Shown here: piece after piece, positions 10,317 to 21,587 of the stretch
Numbering within the stretch: the stretch's first letter is position 1
How the letters are laid out: each line of letters opens with the position of its first letter
DNA from: Pseudomonadota bacterium
GTDB lineage: Bacteria > Desulfobacterota > Desulfovibrionia > Desulfovibrionales > Desulfovibrionaceae
Assembly (NCBI GenBank): GCA_023435825.1
Contig: JAEZMB010000139.1
Location: forward strand, 4,433-68,432
Length of the DNA: 64,000 bases
Direction: 5' to 3'
Made by a program: the position numbers and the translations under genes
Notes under the pieces: generated by a model
The model's input: only the letters and a program-made list of their open reading frames with translations
Databases searched by the model: none
What the model was told of the DNA's origin: nothing

Positions 10317-10904
10317 ATGAAAAAGGCCCATGTCCTGCTCTTTGATGGCTACGCGGATTGGGAAATCGGCTATGTGCTGGCCGAACTGCGCCGTATCGGC
10401 AACGTGCCGGTTGTGACCGTCGGGTTCACGGACGCCCCTGTCGTTTCCATGGGCGGATTGACGGTCACCCCGGACACGACCTTGGCCGCCGTCGTTCTCG
10501 ACGATGTGCGGCTTTTTATCCTGCCGGGCGGGACGCTGTGGGAGCAGGCCTATCCGGCCGAGGCGCTCCACGCCCTGCTCCAGGCCCTTGACCGCCAGGC
10601 CGTGCCCCTGGCCGCGATCTGCGCGGCCACGACCGTTCTCGCCAAGGCCGGCGTCCTGCACGGCAAAAAGCACACTTCCAATGCCCTGAAATATCTTCGG
10701 GAGCACGTTCCCGGTTATCAAGGGGACAACGACTACGTGGACGAACTGGCCGTCAGCGACGGCCATGTGACCACGGCCAGCGGCCTGGGCAGCGTCGAAT
10801 TCACTAGGAACATTCTGGGAGCCTTGGAAATCGTCACCCCACCGCTCCGGGATCTCTGGTACCGCGCCTTCAAGTACGGGGAATACCCTGAGGACTTCGG
10901 CTAA
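10317..10904 (+). CDS. DJ-1/PfpI family protein
   Basis: YADWE, ILPGG, AICAA nucleophile elbow. Confidence 0.85.
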   Translation: MKKAHVLLFDGYADWEIGYVLAELRRIGNVPVVTVGFTDAPVVSMGGLTVTPDTTLAAVVLDDVRLFILPGGTLWEQAYPAEALHALLQALDRQAVPLAAICAATTVLAKAGVLHGKKHTSNALKYLREHVPGYQGDNDYVDELAVSDGHVTTASGLGSVEFTRNILGALEIVTPPLRDLWYRAFKYGEYPEDFG

Positions 10905-11082
10905 CACCCGCGCCCGACGACACGGCTTCGGACTCGGCCGCGTAGTCGCCCCAGGCCGCGTGGTCCCTGCAGCGTTTGCATTAACCTATGCGGGACGAGT
11001 TTCCCGAGAGAACAACCGGCCATCGCGGATTGGCTCATGATGCTAGAAGCCCGGCAAAAACATTGAAAGCAAAAGGCATGGC

Positions 11083-11529
11083 ATGTCCATCATCATCGCG
11101 CCCGGCCGCCCCGAGGACTATCCCGCCTTGGCCGAACTCTGGGAAGCCTCGGTGCGGGCCACCCATCACTTTGTCGCTGAGGCGGACATCCACTATTTCA
11201 AGCCGCTGGTGCGCGACGTTTATCTCGGCGCGGTGACGCTCACTTGCGCCTTTGACGGCGGCCGTGACGGTCATGCGCTCGGATTTTCAGGCGTGGCCGA
11301 GAGGAAGATCGAGATGCTGTTCGTGGCCCCGCCGGCCTTTGGCCGGGGCATCGGCACGCAGCTGCTGCGCCATGCCGTGGAGACCCTCGGCGCGCGCGAA
11401 GTAGACGTCAACGAACAAAATGCCCGGGCCGTGGAATTCTATCTGCGCCGAGGATTCGTCGTTGTCGGACGCTCGGAAGTGGATGGGACCGGGCGGCCTT
11501 ATCCGCTGTTGCATATGCGGCTTGCCTAA
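11083..11529 (+). CDS. GNAT acetyltransferase (YjaB-like)
   Basis: WEASVRATHHF, GRGIG, VNEQN..A..FY, PYPLLHM. Confidence 0.88.
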   Translation: MSIIIAPGRPEDYPALAELWEASVRATHHFVAEADIHYFKPLVRDVYLGAVTLTCAFDGGRDGHALGFSGVAERKIEMLFVAPPAFGRGIGTQLLRHAVETLGAREVDVNEQNARAVEFYLRRGFVVVGRSEVDGTGRPYPLLHMRLA

Positions 11530-11565
11530 AAAAGCGGGCGAGACACTCTGTCTCGCCCGCTCCTT
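11528..11565. terminator. Intrinsic terminator between GNAT gene and glyA
   Basis: aaaaagcgggcgagac-actct-gtctcgcccgct. Confidence 0.7.
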
Positions 11566-11678
11566 CGTCACTCAATGATCCCTTCGTGGCACATCTTTAA
11601 TAAAGCAGGACGATGCGCTTACACCCTGCGTCAATCATTACGTCACCGATCCTGCCTGACTTGTTGATCAACGCTCCC

Positions 11679-12938
<1,260 letters not shown>

Positions 12939-12980
12939 GGGCTCCTCCTGGTCGGGAAGGTTGGCGTCGGTGACGACGCA

Positions 12981-13053
12981 GCCCAGGCGAGCGGCTATGG
13001 CAGGTTTCGCGCTTCCTCGTGGTGTCCCACTGTTCTCGCCAGTCACGCGAAAC
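12981..13053 (-). ncRNA. ZMP/ZTP (pfl) riboswitch
   Basis: Minus strand tttcgcgtgactggcga...gtggga-caccacgaggaagcgcgaaa...gccgctcgcctgggc matches the pfl consensus; directly 5' of glyA. Confidence 0.92.
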
Positions 13054-13109
13054 GGATGATTGAGGCGTTTGTTGTCTAGCGCCGGGACGGGCGGGCCGTC
13101 AAGAGGCGA

Positions 13110-14015
13110 TCAGCTTTGGGCGGTCGGGGCGTCGGCCGGACTGTCGCCCGCATTACCGCGCTTGGCCGGGTCCAGGGCCAGGGCCAGGGCCAGCAGGCAG
13201 ACCACCACGATGGAGGCGAGATAGACCCGCCGGCCCCAGCCTCGGGCCAGGGCGGCGCTGTAGCCGTGCAGGGCCACGGCCAGCCAGCACGCGCCCGAGA
13301 CTATCGCCACGGCCAGATAGGCCTTACCGGCGTAGCCCATGACGCCCAGCAGCGCGGCGGCCAGCGTAAAGGCGGCGATGTGCCAGACGATGTGGCGGCG
13401 CGTGGCGTCAAAGCCTTGCCGCACCGGCAGCACCGGCACCCCGGCGGCGGCGTAGTCGTCGAAGCGGTGCAGGGTCACGGCGTAGGAATGGGGCACCTGC
13501 CACAGGCAAAAAAGGGCCAACACCATGCCCGCGCCCATATCGAAACTGCCCCCGGCGGCGCAGTAGGCGGCGAGCGGCGGGGCCGCGCCGGCCAGGCTGC
13601 CGACCACGGTGCTGGCCGGCGAGCGCCGCTTGAGCCAGGCGCTGTAGACCCCGACGTAGACCACGAAACCGCCCAGGGTGACGGCCACCGTTGCCGGCGT
13701 CGTCCAGACGGCCAGCACGGCCGTGCCGAAAAGACCCAGAACGGCGGCGTAGGCCAGGCCGACCCCAAGGGGCATCCGGCCGGCGGCCAAGGCCCGGGCG
13801 CGGGTGCGGGCCATGGCCCGGTCCAGGCGGCTGTCGATGCAGTTATTGGCCACGCACCCGGCGGCCACAACAAGTCCGATGCCGGCCAGGGCCGCGAAAA
13901 ACGTGCCCCAGGCCACGGCCCCGCCGCAGCCCAGGAAAAACCCGGCCCCGGCCGTGACCAGATTGGCCGCCGCCAGCCACGGCTTGGCCACGCCGACAAA
14001 ATCCCGAAAACGCAC
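13110..14015 (-). CDS. cyoE: Heme o synthase
   Basis: N..D..LD..M.RT..R, YV..YS..LKR, WQ.PH. Confidence 0.92.
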   Translation of the reverse strand: MRFRDFVGVAKPWLAAANLVTAGAGFFLGCGGAVAWGTFFAALAGIGLVVAAGCVANNCIDSRLDRAMARTRARALAAGRMPLGVGLAYAAVLGLFGTAVLAVWTTPATVAVTLGGFVVYVGVYSAWLKRRSPASTVVGSLAGAAPPLAAYCAAGGSFDMGAGMVLALFCLWQVPHSYAVTLHRFDDYAAAGVPVLPVRQGFDATRRHIVWHIAAFTLAAALLGVMGYAGKAYLAVAIVSGACWLAVALHGYSAALARGWGRRVYLASIVVVCLLALALALDPAKRGNAGDSPADAPTAQS

Positions 14016-14026
14016 CCCGCCTCCGA

Positions 14027-14350
14027 TCACATGCGCTCGTGCAGGCCGTACATGATCCAGATGGAACCGCCGACGAACAGGAACATGAGGAAAAAGGTGA
14101 ACAGCAGCGCCATCAGGTTCCAATACATGGCCGAGGACCGGTCCACGTGCAGGAAATAGCGCAGCTGCACGAAAAGCTGGACCACGGCCAGTGCGAACAG
14201 GGCCAGGATCAGCGGCAGGCGCGGCAAGGCCCCGCCCATGACCAGGCCAAAGGAAACCAGGGTAAGGACGACGGAGGCGGCGAATCCCAGGGCGTAGGAC
14301 TTGACCGTGCCCACGGCCGCTCCGGCGTTGTCGGTTGGCGAGTGGCTCAT
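14027..14350 (-). CDS. cyoD: Quinol oxidase subunit IV
   Basis: SY..GF..SV.LT, QL.YFLH, GSIWIM. Confidence 0.92.
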   Translation of the reverse strand: MSHSPTDNAGAAVGTVKSYALGFAASVVLTLVSFGLVMGGALPRLPLILALFALAVVQLFVQLRYFLHVDRSSAMYWNLMALLFTFFLMFLFVGGSIWIMYGLHERM

Positions 14351-14979
14351 TGCACGACCCCCAGCAGGTAGACGACGGTGAAAACGCCGATCCAGACGAT
14401 GTCGAGGAAATGCCAGAACATGCCCAGGCGGGTAAGCCGCCCCTTGACCGGAGCGGTGAGGCCCTTGGACGAAAGCTGGGCCAGCATGACCACGATCCAC
14501 AGCAGGCCAAAGGTCACATGCAGCCCGTGGGTGCCGACCAGGGTGAAAAAGGCCGAGAGAAAGCCGCTGCGGTCCGGGCCGGCCCCGATGCTCAGAAAAT
14601 GGCGGAATTCGGCCAATTCCATGACGAGAAACCCCAGCCCCAGGGCAAAGGCGGCCATAAGCCCCAGACGCACGGAGCGTGGGTCGCCCTTGTGCATGGC
14701 CACCATGGCCAGGCCGTAGGCCGCGCTGCTGGTCAAAAGCAGCATGGTTTCCACGAGCACGGCCGGCAGCTCGAAGAGGTCCTTGGGCGTGGGGCCGCCG
14801 GCGTAGTTGTGGGCCATGACCACGTAGGTGGCAAATAGAGCCGAGAAGACGATGAGGTCGCTCATCAGGTAGATCCAGAACCCGAAGGCCTGGATCTCGC
14901 CCATGTCATGGCCGCCTGGGCCGCCATGGGCCTCGTGGCCGGGCGCGGCGGCGGGATGGGCCATTTGCGCTGTCGTCAT
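14347..14979 (-). CDS. cyoC: Quinol oxidase subunit III
   Basis: FGFWIYLMSD, TLVGTHGLHV, FWHFLDIVW. Confidence 0.95.
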   Translation of the reverse strand: MTTAQMAHPAAAPGHEAHGGPGGHDMGEIQAFGFWIYLMSDLIVFSALFATYVVMAHNYAGGPTPKDLFELPAVLVETMLLLTSSAAYGLAMVAMHKGDPRSVRLGLMAAFALGLGFLVMELAEFRHFLSIGAGPDRSGFLSAFFTLVGTHGLHVTFGLLWIVVMLAQLSSKGLTAPVKGRLTRLGMFWHFLDIVWIGVFTVVYLLGVVQ

Positions 14980-15024
14980 GCGTTCCTCCAACAAGGCTTT
15001 GGGCCGTTGGCTTGGGTCCTTTTC

Positions 15025-15132
15025 ACGTATCGCGTCCACGAAAAGCACATAAGGCATCTCGCAGGCAACACATTAAAACCACTAATTTTTCTTAAAAAAT
15101 ACTCTCGTATTTTTTCAGGGACGCCACACTAG
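15025..15132 (-). mobile_element. ~100-bp MITE-like repeat inside cyo operon
   Basis: CTAGTGTGGCGTCC-ctgaaaaaatacga...cttttcgt-GGACGCGATACG; its TAG is the cyoB stop. Confidence 0.8.
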
Positions 15133-17111
15133 CCGGCCGATCCATGAAGCGGCGGCCGTACGCGCGCGTCCTCGATGCGAGCCACTTCCTCGGCCGGGAT
15201 GACCATGAAGAGGTCGTCGGCGCAGCCCCGGGCCGTGACCACGGCGATCATGCCCAAAAACGTCACGGCCGCCAGCCACCAGATATGCCAGATGACGGCG
15301 AAGCCGAAGACGAAGGCGACCACGCCCAGGACAAAGCCGTGCCAGGAGTTTTTGGGCATGACGATGTCCTCGTAACGCTCGGGCCGGGCGTAGGCCACGC
15401 CGCGCTCCTTCATGTCCCAGAAGGCGTCGATGTCGTGCACCTCGGGGATGACGGCGAAGTTGTAGACCGCCGGGGGCGAGGCCGTGGCCCACTCCAGGGT
15501 GCGGCCGTCCCAGGGGTCGCCGGTGGTGTCGGCGTTGGCCTTGCGGTTCATGAAGCTCACGAACAGTTGCATGAGCATGCAGCCGATGCCGGCGGCGATG
15601 ACCAGCGTGCCCACGGCGGCGATAATCAGCGGCAGCTGCCAGGCCGGGTTGTCATAGTGCTGCATGCGCCGGGGCATGCCCATGAAGCCCAGCACGTAGA
15701 GCGGCACGAAGGACATGTAGAAGCCGATGAGCCAGCACCAAAACGAGCGCTTGCCCCAGGTTTCGTCCAGTTTGAAGCCCGTGGCCTTGGGGAACCAGTA
15801 GGCGAAACCGGCCAGGAAGCCAAAAAGCGTCCCGGGGATCAGCATGTTGTGGAAGTGGGCGATGAGAAACAGGCTGTTGTGCAGCACGTAGTCGGCCGGC
15901 GGGATGGACATGAGCACGCCGGTAAGCCCGCCCAGGACGAAGGTGGTCAGAAAGCCGATGGTCCAGAGCATGGGCGTGGTCAGGCGCACCCGGCCCTTGT
16001 ACATGGTGAAAAGCCAGTTGAAGACTTTCACGCCCGTGGGGATGGCGATGACCATGGTGGAGATGCCGAAGAAGATGTTGACGTTGGCGCTGGTGCCCAT
16101 GGTGAAGAAATGGTGGGCCCAGACGGCGAACGACAGGAACATGATGACGGCCGTGGCGTAGACCAGGGAGGTGTAGCCGAAGATGCGCTTTCTGGAGAAG
16201 GTGGCCACCACTTCGGAGTAGATGCCAAAGGCCGGCAGGATGACGATGTAGACTTCCGGATGGCCCCAGGTCCAGAAGAGGTTGATGTACATCATCGTGT
16301 TGCCGCCAAGGTCGTTGGTGAAAAAGTGCATCCCGAGATAGCGGTCCAGCGAAAGCATGAAGAGCGCCGCGGTGAGCATTGGGAAGGCGAAGATAATCAG
16401 GATGTTGGTGAGAAGCGCCGTCCAGGTAAAAAGCGGCATGCGCATGAGCGTCATGCCCGGGGCGCGCATCTTGATGATGGTCACCAGGAAATTGATGCCG
16501 GTAAGGAGCGTGCCTACGCCGGATATCTGAATGGACCACAGCCAGTAGTCCACGCCGGTGTCCGGGCTGTAGGCCAGTTCGGTCAGCGGCGTGTAGCCCG
16601 ACCAGCCGGCCTTGGAGAATTCGCCCACGCCCAGCGACACCATGACCAAAAGCGCCCCGGCCACGGACAGCCAGAGGCTCACGGCGTTGAGAAACGGAAA
16701 GGCCACGTCGCGCGCGCCGATCTGCTGGGGGATGACGATGTTCATGAGGCCCGAGAGAAACGGCATGGCCATAAACAGGATCATGATGGTGCCGTGGGCC
16801 GAGAACACCTGGTTGAAGTGGTCGGGCGGCAAAAAGCCCGGGGACGCGCCCACGGCCATGGCCTGCTGGGCCCGCATCATGATGGCGTCGGAAAAGCCGC
16901 GCAGCAGCATGATGAGCGACAGGATGATGTACATGATGCCGATTTTCTTGTGGTCCACGCTGGTGAGCCACTCGCACCAGAGGTACGGCCATTTCTTCAG
17001 GTAGGTGATGAGCCCCAGGACGGCCAGCGCGCCTAGAAGCGAGCCGACCACCGCGCCCATGACGATGGGATCGTGGTAGGGGACGGCGGCGAGGGTGAGT
17101 TTTCCGAACAT
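15129..17111 (-). CDS. cyoB: Cytochrome bo3-type quinol oxidase subunit I
   Basis: [16 protein letters not shown] quinol site, GHPEVY, WAHH, AHFH. Confidence 0.97.
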   Translation of the reverse strand: MFGKLTLAAVPYHDPIVMGAVVGSLLGALAVLGLITYLKKWPYLWCEWLTSVDHKKIGIMYIILSLIMLLRGFSDAIMMRAQQAMAVGASPGFLPPDHFNQVFSAHGTIMILFMAMPFLSGLMNIVIPQQIGARDVAFPFLNAVSLWLSVAGALLVMVSLGVGEFSKAGWSGYTPLTELAYSPDTGVDYWLWSIQISGVGTLLTGINFLVTIIKMRAPGMTLMRMPLFTWTALLTNILIIFAFPMLTAALFMLSLDRYLGMHFFTNDLGGNTMMYINLFWTWGHPEVYIVILPAFGIYSEVVATFSRKRIFGYTSLVYATAVIMFLSFAVWAHHFFTMGTSANVNIFFGISTMVIAIPTGVKVFNWLFTMYKGRVRLTTPMLWTIGFLTTFVLGGLTGVLMSIPPADYVLHNSLFLIAHFHNMLIPGTLFGFLAGFAYWFPKATGFKLDETWGKRSFWCWLIGFYMSFVPLYVLGFMGMPRRMQHYDNPAWQLPLIIAAVGTLVIAAGIGCMLMQLFVSFMNRKANADTTGDPWDGRTLEWATASPPAVYNFAVIPEVHDIDAFWDMKERGVAYARPERYEDIVMPKNSWHGFVLGVVAFVFGFAVIWHIWWLAAVTFLGMIAVVTARGCADDLFMVIPAEEVARIEDARVRPPLHGSAG

Positions 17112-17129
17112 GTGACTGGTCCTCCTGGC

Positions 17130-18089
17130 CTACTGGCCGTGTCCCTGGGAGCCGGCTTGGCCGCCGTGCCCGCCTTGTCCGCCATGGCCGCCATAGCCGC
17201 CATAGCCGCCGTGCCCGGCCGGCTGGGGCGAACCCTGTTTGGTCATGGGGTCGTATTTGCCGAGGATGGCCTCGAAGATGCCCGGCTCGACCGTGGAGAA
17301 ATAGACCGGGCCGGCCGCGACGCCGGGTTTGCGCAGTTCGTCGAACCGGGCGATGTCGAGCTTTTGCGGCGAGGCTTTCACCTTTTGCAGCCAGGCCGCG
17401 AAATCGGCCTGGGAGACGGCCCGGGCCGGGAAGAACATGTCCGGGTAGCCCGCGCCGCTGAATTGCTGGTTCTGGCCGACGTACTCGCCTGGCGTGTCGG
17501 CCAGCAGATGCAGTTTCGTGCGCATGCCGCCCATGGCGTAGATCTGGCTGCCCAGGCGCGGGATGAAAAACGAGGTCATGACCGTGTCCGAGGTGATGTC
17601 AAAGGCCAGGGGCATCCCGGCCGGGAAGACCAGCTCGTTGACCACGGCCACGCCCTGCTGGGGATAGATAAAAAGCCATTTCCAATCGAGGCTCACCACC
17701 TCGACGGCGAGCTGCTTGTCCGGCGCGGCCAGGGGCTTGTAGGGGTCCAGGCGGTGGGTCTCGATCCACAGCAGCGTGGAGAGCAGGATGACGATGACCA
17801 TGGGGATAAGCCACATGACCAGCTCGATCTTGCCCGAATGGCTCCACTTGGGCGCGTACTCGGCCTCGGTGTTGGATTCCCGGTACTTGTGGGGAAACCA
17901 CACGGCCATGACAATGACCGGGATGACCACAATGAGCATGAGCCCGAAGGCGATGAAGATGAGCCGTCGCTCGGCCTCGCCGATGGGCCCCTTGGGATCG
18001 AGCAGCGCCAGTTCGCTGCATCCCGAAAGGGCGGCCAGGGCGCATAGCCCCAAAACGGCGGCCCAGGCGGAAACGGTGTTGCGTTTCAT
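17130..18089 (-). CDS. cyoA: Quinol oxidase subunit II (lipoprotein)
   Basis: LSGC lipobox, LDPKG, WKWLFIYP, SFFIPRLGSQIYAM; no CuA cysteines. Confidence 0.95.
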   Translation of the reverse strand: MKRNTVSAWAAVLGLCALAALSGCSELALLDPKGPIGEAERRLIFIAFGLMLIVVIPVIVMAVWFPHKYRESNTEAEYAPKWSHSGKIELVMWLIPMVIVILLSTLLWIETHRLDPYKPLAAPDKQLAVEVVSLDWKWLFIYPQQGVAVVNELVFPAGMPLAFDITSDTVMTSFFIPRLGSQIYAMGGMRTKLHLLADTPGEYVGQNQQFSGAGYPDMFFPARAVSQADFAAWLQKVKASPQKLDIARFDELRKPGVAAGPVYFSTVEPGIFEAILGKYDPMTKQGSPQPAGHGGYGGYGGHGGQGGHGGQAGSQGHGQ

Positions 18090-18152
18090 GGTCTCCCCCA
18101 CGTTGCGCGGTGCAAGAGGATCAGGGCTACAGGGACAGCGGCAGGGACATGG

Positions 18153-18782
18153 TCATCCCGCCTTGCGGCCAAGCACGCACAAATCGCCGGTCTCCACGCC
18201 GCAGCGCCCGCCAAGGGCTCCGGCGGACATGGCCTCGGTCATGTAGATGACGAGATTGACGAAGCGGCAGCCGGTAAAGGTCGAGCGCTGAAAATAGGCC
18301 GCCGTGTTCACCCGCTCGTCGGCGGCCACCACCACGATGTCGCACAGGTGGAAGGAACAATCCTCCAACGTGCTTGAATCCTGAAGAAAGATGGAGCCTG
18401 GGCCGACAAGCTCGCACTTGGCGAAGGTTTTCCCCTCATGGACCCGGAAATAGGGCGAATAGAGGTCGGCCACACCGATTTTTTCCAGTTCGAAGCGCTC
18501 GCGCAGGGCCAGGCTCTGCTTGTCCTGGTAGGTGATGAGTTTGAGGTGCCGCACCTTGTCCACGGCGGCCATGGCCAGCACCACCACCAGGGCCACGCCG
18601 GAAAAGAGCAACGAGGTGAGGATGCCGACAAGGAGCCACGCCCCGACCACATGGGGCTTCAGCACGCTCGTCAGCGAAGCGACCAACAGCAGGCAGACCA
18701 GGGTGGCGACCAGGAAAATCGCCAACGCGTGCTTGATGAAAAAATTGGCCACGGCCCCGAGCCGTCCGTCGCTTGTGCCCAT
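18153..18782 (-). CDS. Hypothetical membrane protein (2 TM plus soluble domain)
   Basis: ORF with GGAGG RBS and two hydrophobic helices. Confidence 0.65.
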   Translation of the reverse strand: MGTSDGRLGAVANFFIKHALAIFLVATLVCLLLVASLTSVLKPHVVGAWLLVGILTSLLFSGVALVVVLAMAAVDKVRHLKLITYQDKQSLALRERFELEKIGVADLYSPYFRVHEGKTFAKCELVGPGSIFLQDSSTLEDCSFHLCDIVVVAADERVNTAAYFQRSTFTGCRFVNLVIYMTEAMSAGALGGRCGVETGDLCVLGRKAG

Positions 18783-18984
18783 CCTCGCCTCCTGACATGG
18801 AGATATGCTTGAGCTTATTGCGGTTTCCCGGGGACAAGTCAATGCGCCACGGCGAAAATGTCGGGCCGGCAACCGGAAGGAGCAGCGTCCGGACCGGCGT
18901 TCCTTGACTGGAAGCGGCCAATTGGGGATGTTGCATGGAGCCAAAGGCTTTCCCTCCCCACCCGCCGTTTTGAGGAGGCGCTCC

Positions 18985-21489
18985 ATGCCGTCGCCACCCC
19001 GGCCTTGCCGCAAAAAGAGCCCCGCCGCGTCCCGCTCATCGCGATCCTACGCCTCCCGCCTGGCCTTACTGGCCGCCGTCTGGCTGGCCCTGGCCGCCGG
19101 CCTGGCCTGGACCGCCCCGGCCCGGGCCGCCGGGACGGACTGGGCCGACGCCGCCCAACGCGTCACGGCCAACGCCAAGGTCACGAACCAGGACCAAGCC
19201 CTGGCCGCCTTTGCCCGAGGCGGCGGGGTAGGCCGCTTTTTCGTCGGCTTCGCCTCGGCCAAGCGCGCCGCCGCCCCGTCTTCCCTGGCCGGCGAGGCCC
19301 AGAAACAGGCCCGACGGGAACTGGTGCAGGCCAGCCGCGACAAGGCCCTGGCGGCCATGCCCGATCTGCCGGAGAGCGTGATCCGCCACCGCTACGACAC
19401 TATTTTTTACCTGTCCGTGGCCGTCACCCCGGAGCAACTGGCCGTCATTCTGGCCAACCCCGAGGTGGACGTCGTGGAGCCGGTCGGCGTCATGGAGGCC
19501 GACACGCGACAGGGACTGCCGCTCATGCGCGCCGTGGTCCCCCGCTCCCAGTACGACGGCACAGGGTTGTCCATCGCCGTATGCGACTCCGGCATCAATT
19601 ACCTCAATCCCTATCTCGGTGGCGCGGCCTTTCCCAACGCCAAGGTCATCGGCGGCTATGACGTGGGCGAAGGCAAGGCCGACCCCATGGACGGCAACGG
19701 CCACGGCACGGCCTGCGCCGGCATCGCCGCCGGCGACGTCGGCAACACCGCCGACTACATTGGCGGCGTGGCCCCCGGGGCCAGACTCTACGCGCTCAAG
19801 ATCACCGATGACGCCACGGGAAAAAGCTGCAACGAAGACGCCTACGTGGCCGCCTGGGATTGGTGCGTCAGCCACCAGAACGACGTCTCCGCCGCGCCCA
19901 TCAAGATCATCAGCACGAGTTTCAGCGGCGGCAAATACACCAGCGTGTGCGACGGCGCCAAGACGGCCATCGCCGCATCGGCAGCGGCAGCCAAGGCGGC
20001 CGGCATCACGCTGTTCAATTCCTCGGGCAACAGCGGCTACTGCGACGCCGTGCAAAGTCCGGCCTGCATCTCCTCGATCATTGCCGTGGGCTCGGTCTAC
20101 GACGCCGCCGTGGGCACATACCGCCCCTGCGTGAGCGAAGACTCCTGCGTGTCCAAGTCCGACTCCAGCTCCTGCGACTCCGGCTACTACGCCACCGACA
20201 TCACCCAGGCCGACAAGGTGCCCTCCTATTCCAATTCCGCGTCCCTGCTGGGGCTGCTCGCCCCGGCCAACATGGCCTTTGGCCTGGGCATCGGGGCCAA
20301 CACCTGGAACCCCAACTTCGGCGGCACCTCCGCCGCCTGCCCCTACGCCGCCGGGGCCGGGGCCGTGCTCCAGGCCGCAGCCAAGGCTCGAACCGGCAAC
20401 TGGCTCACCCCGGACCAGGTCTTTTCCAAACTCTCGGCCACCGGGACGGCGGTCCTGGACCCCAAATCCAACCTGTCCAAGCCGCGCATCGACCTGCAGG
20501 CGGCCGTGGACTCCGTCACCCCGGCCCCGTCCACCGGGTTCTTGCAAGTCGGCCTGACCACGCCCGCGCCGGCCGACAGCGCGGCTGCCTGGAGGGTGGA
20601 TGGCGGGGCCTGGCGGGCAAGCCAGACCGTTGTCGGCAACCTGACCGCCGGTACCCACGCCGTGGACTTCAAGCCCGTGGCCGGCTGGACGAGGCCGGTA
20701 GCCCAAAACGTAATCGTGGCCGCCGGACAGACCTCCAGTCTGTCAACCCGTTACGGCCTGTCCGGGGCCAGTCTGTTGCCGCTGGACATCCCGGCCGCCA
20801 CCGGCAACGCGCACGGCATAAATGAGAACTTCACCGGCTCGCTGTCCAACTGGACCCAGCAGGCCGGCACTTGGAGCGTGGCGGGCGGTATGGCCAGTGT
20901 CACGGCCGACGGTTCCCAGACAACGAGCTGGTACAGCCTGTCGTCCAGCGCCGGCGTCTACGGCGACTTCACCTGCTCGGCCACCCTGCGGCGCAGCGGC
21001 GCGGCCGGCAGCACCAACGCGCTCATCGTGCGCGGCACGCCCCAGCCCCTCAATCCCAGCGGCGGCAACTGGTTCTACGGCTATGTTTTCGGCTACACCA
21101 ACAACGGCTCCTATGCCGTCTTCGTCCTGCGCGACTGGTATCTGACCATGTTGCGAAACTGGACCGCCAGTAGCGCCATCGTGGCCAACGACTGGAACAC
21201 CCTGACCGTCAAGGCCGTGGGTCCGGACCTCACCTTCTCCATCAACGGCACGCAGGTGTTCTCCACCACGGACACGTCGCTTGGCGTCGGCCAGGCCGGC
21301 GTGGCCATGTACACCGGAACCGGCGGCACCATGGACGTCAAGAGCGTCAGCCTTGCCCCATACCCGGGCGGCGCAGCCAGCGCCGCCGACACGTCCGACG
21401 CGGCCGGAACACTGGAAGCAACCGGAGCCGTGGGCATGGTGGAAGCCATTGCCGGGAACGCGGCGGATCAGGCCGGTTCAGGGCGGTAG
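18985..21489 (+). CDS. Secreted S8 (subtilisin) serine peptidase with C-terminal beta-sandwich domains
   Basis: Signal peptide; CDSG, GHGTACAG and GGTSAACP catalytic motifs; GAGGAGG RBS. Confidence 0.9.
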   Translation: MPSPPRPCRKKSPAASRSSRSYASRLALLAAVWLALAAGLAWTAPARAAGTDWADAAQRVTANAKVTNQDQALAAFARGGGVGRFFVGFASAKRAAAPSSLAGEAQKQARRELVQASRDKALAAMPDLPESVIRHRYDTIFYLSVAVTPEQLAVILANPEVDVVEPVGVMEADTRQGLPLMRAVVPRSQYDGTGLSIAVCDSGINYLNPYLGGAAFPNAKVIGGYDVGEGKADPMDGNGHGTACAGIAAGDVGNTADYIGGVAPGARLYALKITDDATGKSCNEDAYVAAWDWCVSHQNDVSAAPIKIISTSFSGGKYTSVCDGAKTAIAASAAAAKAAGITLFNSSGNSGYCDAVQSPACISSIIAVGSVYDAAVGTYRPCVSEDSCVSKSDSSSCDSGYYATDITQADKVPSYSNSASLLGLLAPANMAFGLGIGANTWNPNFGGTSAACPYAAGAGAVLQAAAKARTGNWLTPDQVFSKLSATGTAVLDPKSNLSKPRIDLQAAVDSVTPAPSTGFLQVGLTTPAPADSAAAWRVDGGAWRASQTVVGNLTAGTHAVDFKPVAGWTRPVAQNVIVAAGQTSSLSTRYGLSGASLLPLDIPAATGNAHGINENFTGSLSNWTQQAGTWSVAGGMASVTADGSQTTSWYSLSSSAGVYGDFTCSATLRRSGAAGSTNALIVRGTPQPLNPSGGNWFYGYVFGYTNNGSYAVFVLRDWYLTMLRNWTASSAIVANDWNTLTVKAVGPDLTFSINGTQVFSTTDTSLGVGQAGVAMYTGTGGTMDVKSVSLAPYPGGAASAADTSDAAGTLEATGAVGMVEAIAGNAADQAGSGR

Positions 21490-21587
21490 GCGGCCCAAGG
21501 GCCGGGATGTCGCCAGCAGACGCCCGGCCCTTGGGAGCGCTCCGGTAGCGGCCGTCCTGGCCGCCCACAAACTCCAAGGAGAAAAGC

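Noticed and set aside
15144..17036. Long antisense and alternate-frame ORFs (also 50624-52714, 53635-56142, 37395-39206 and others)
   Set aside because: Shadows of real genes caused by high-GC codon bias; no recognisable motifs
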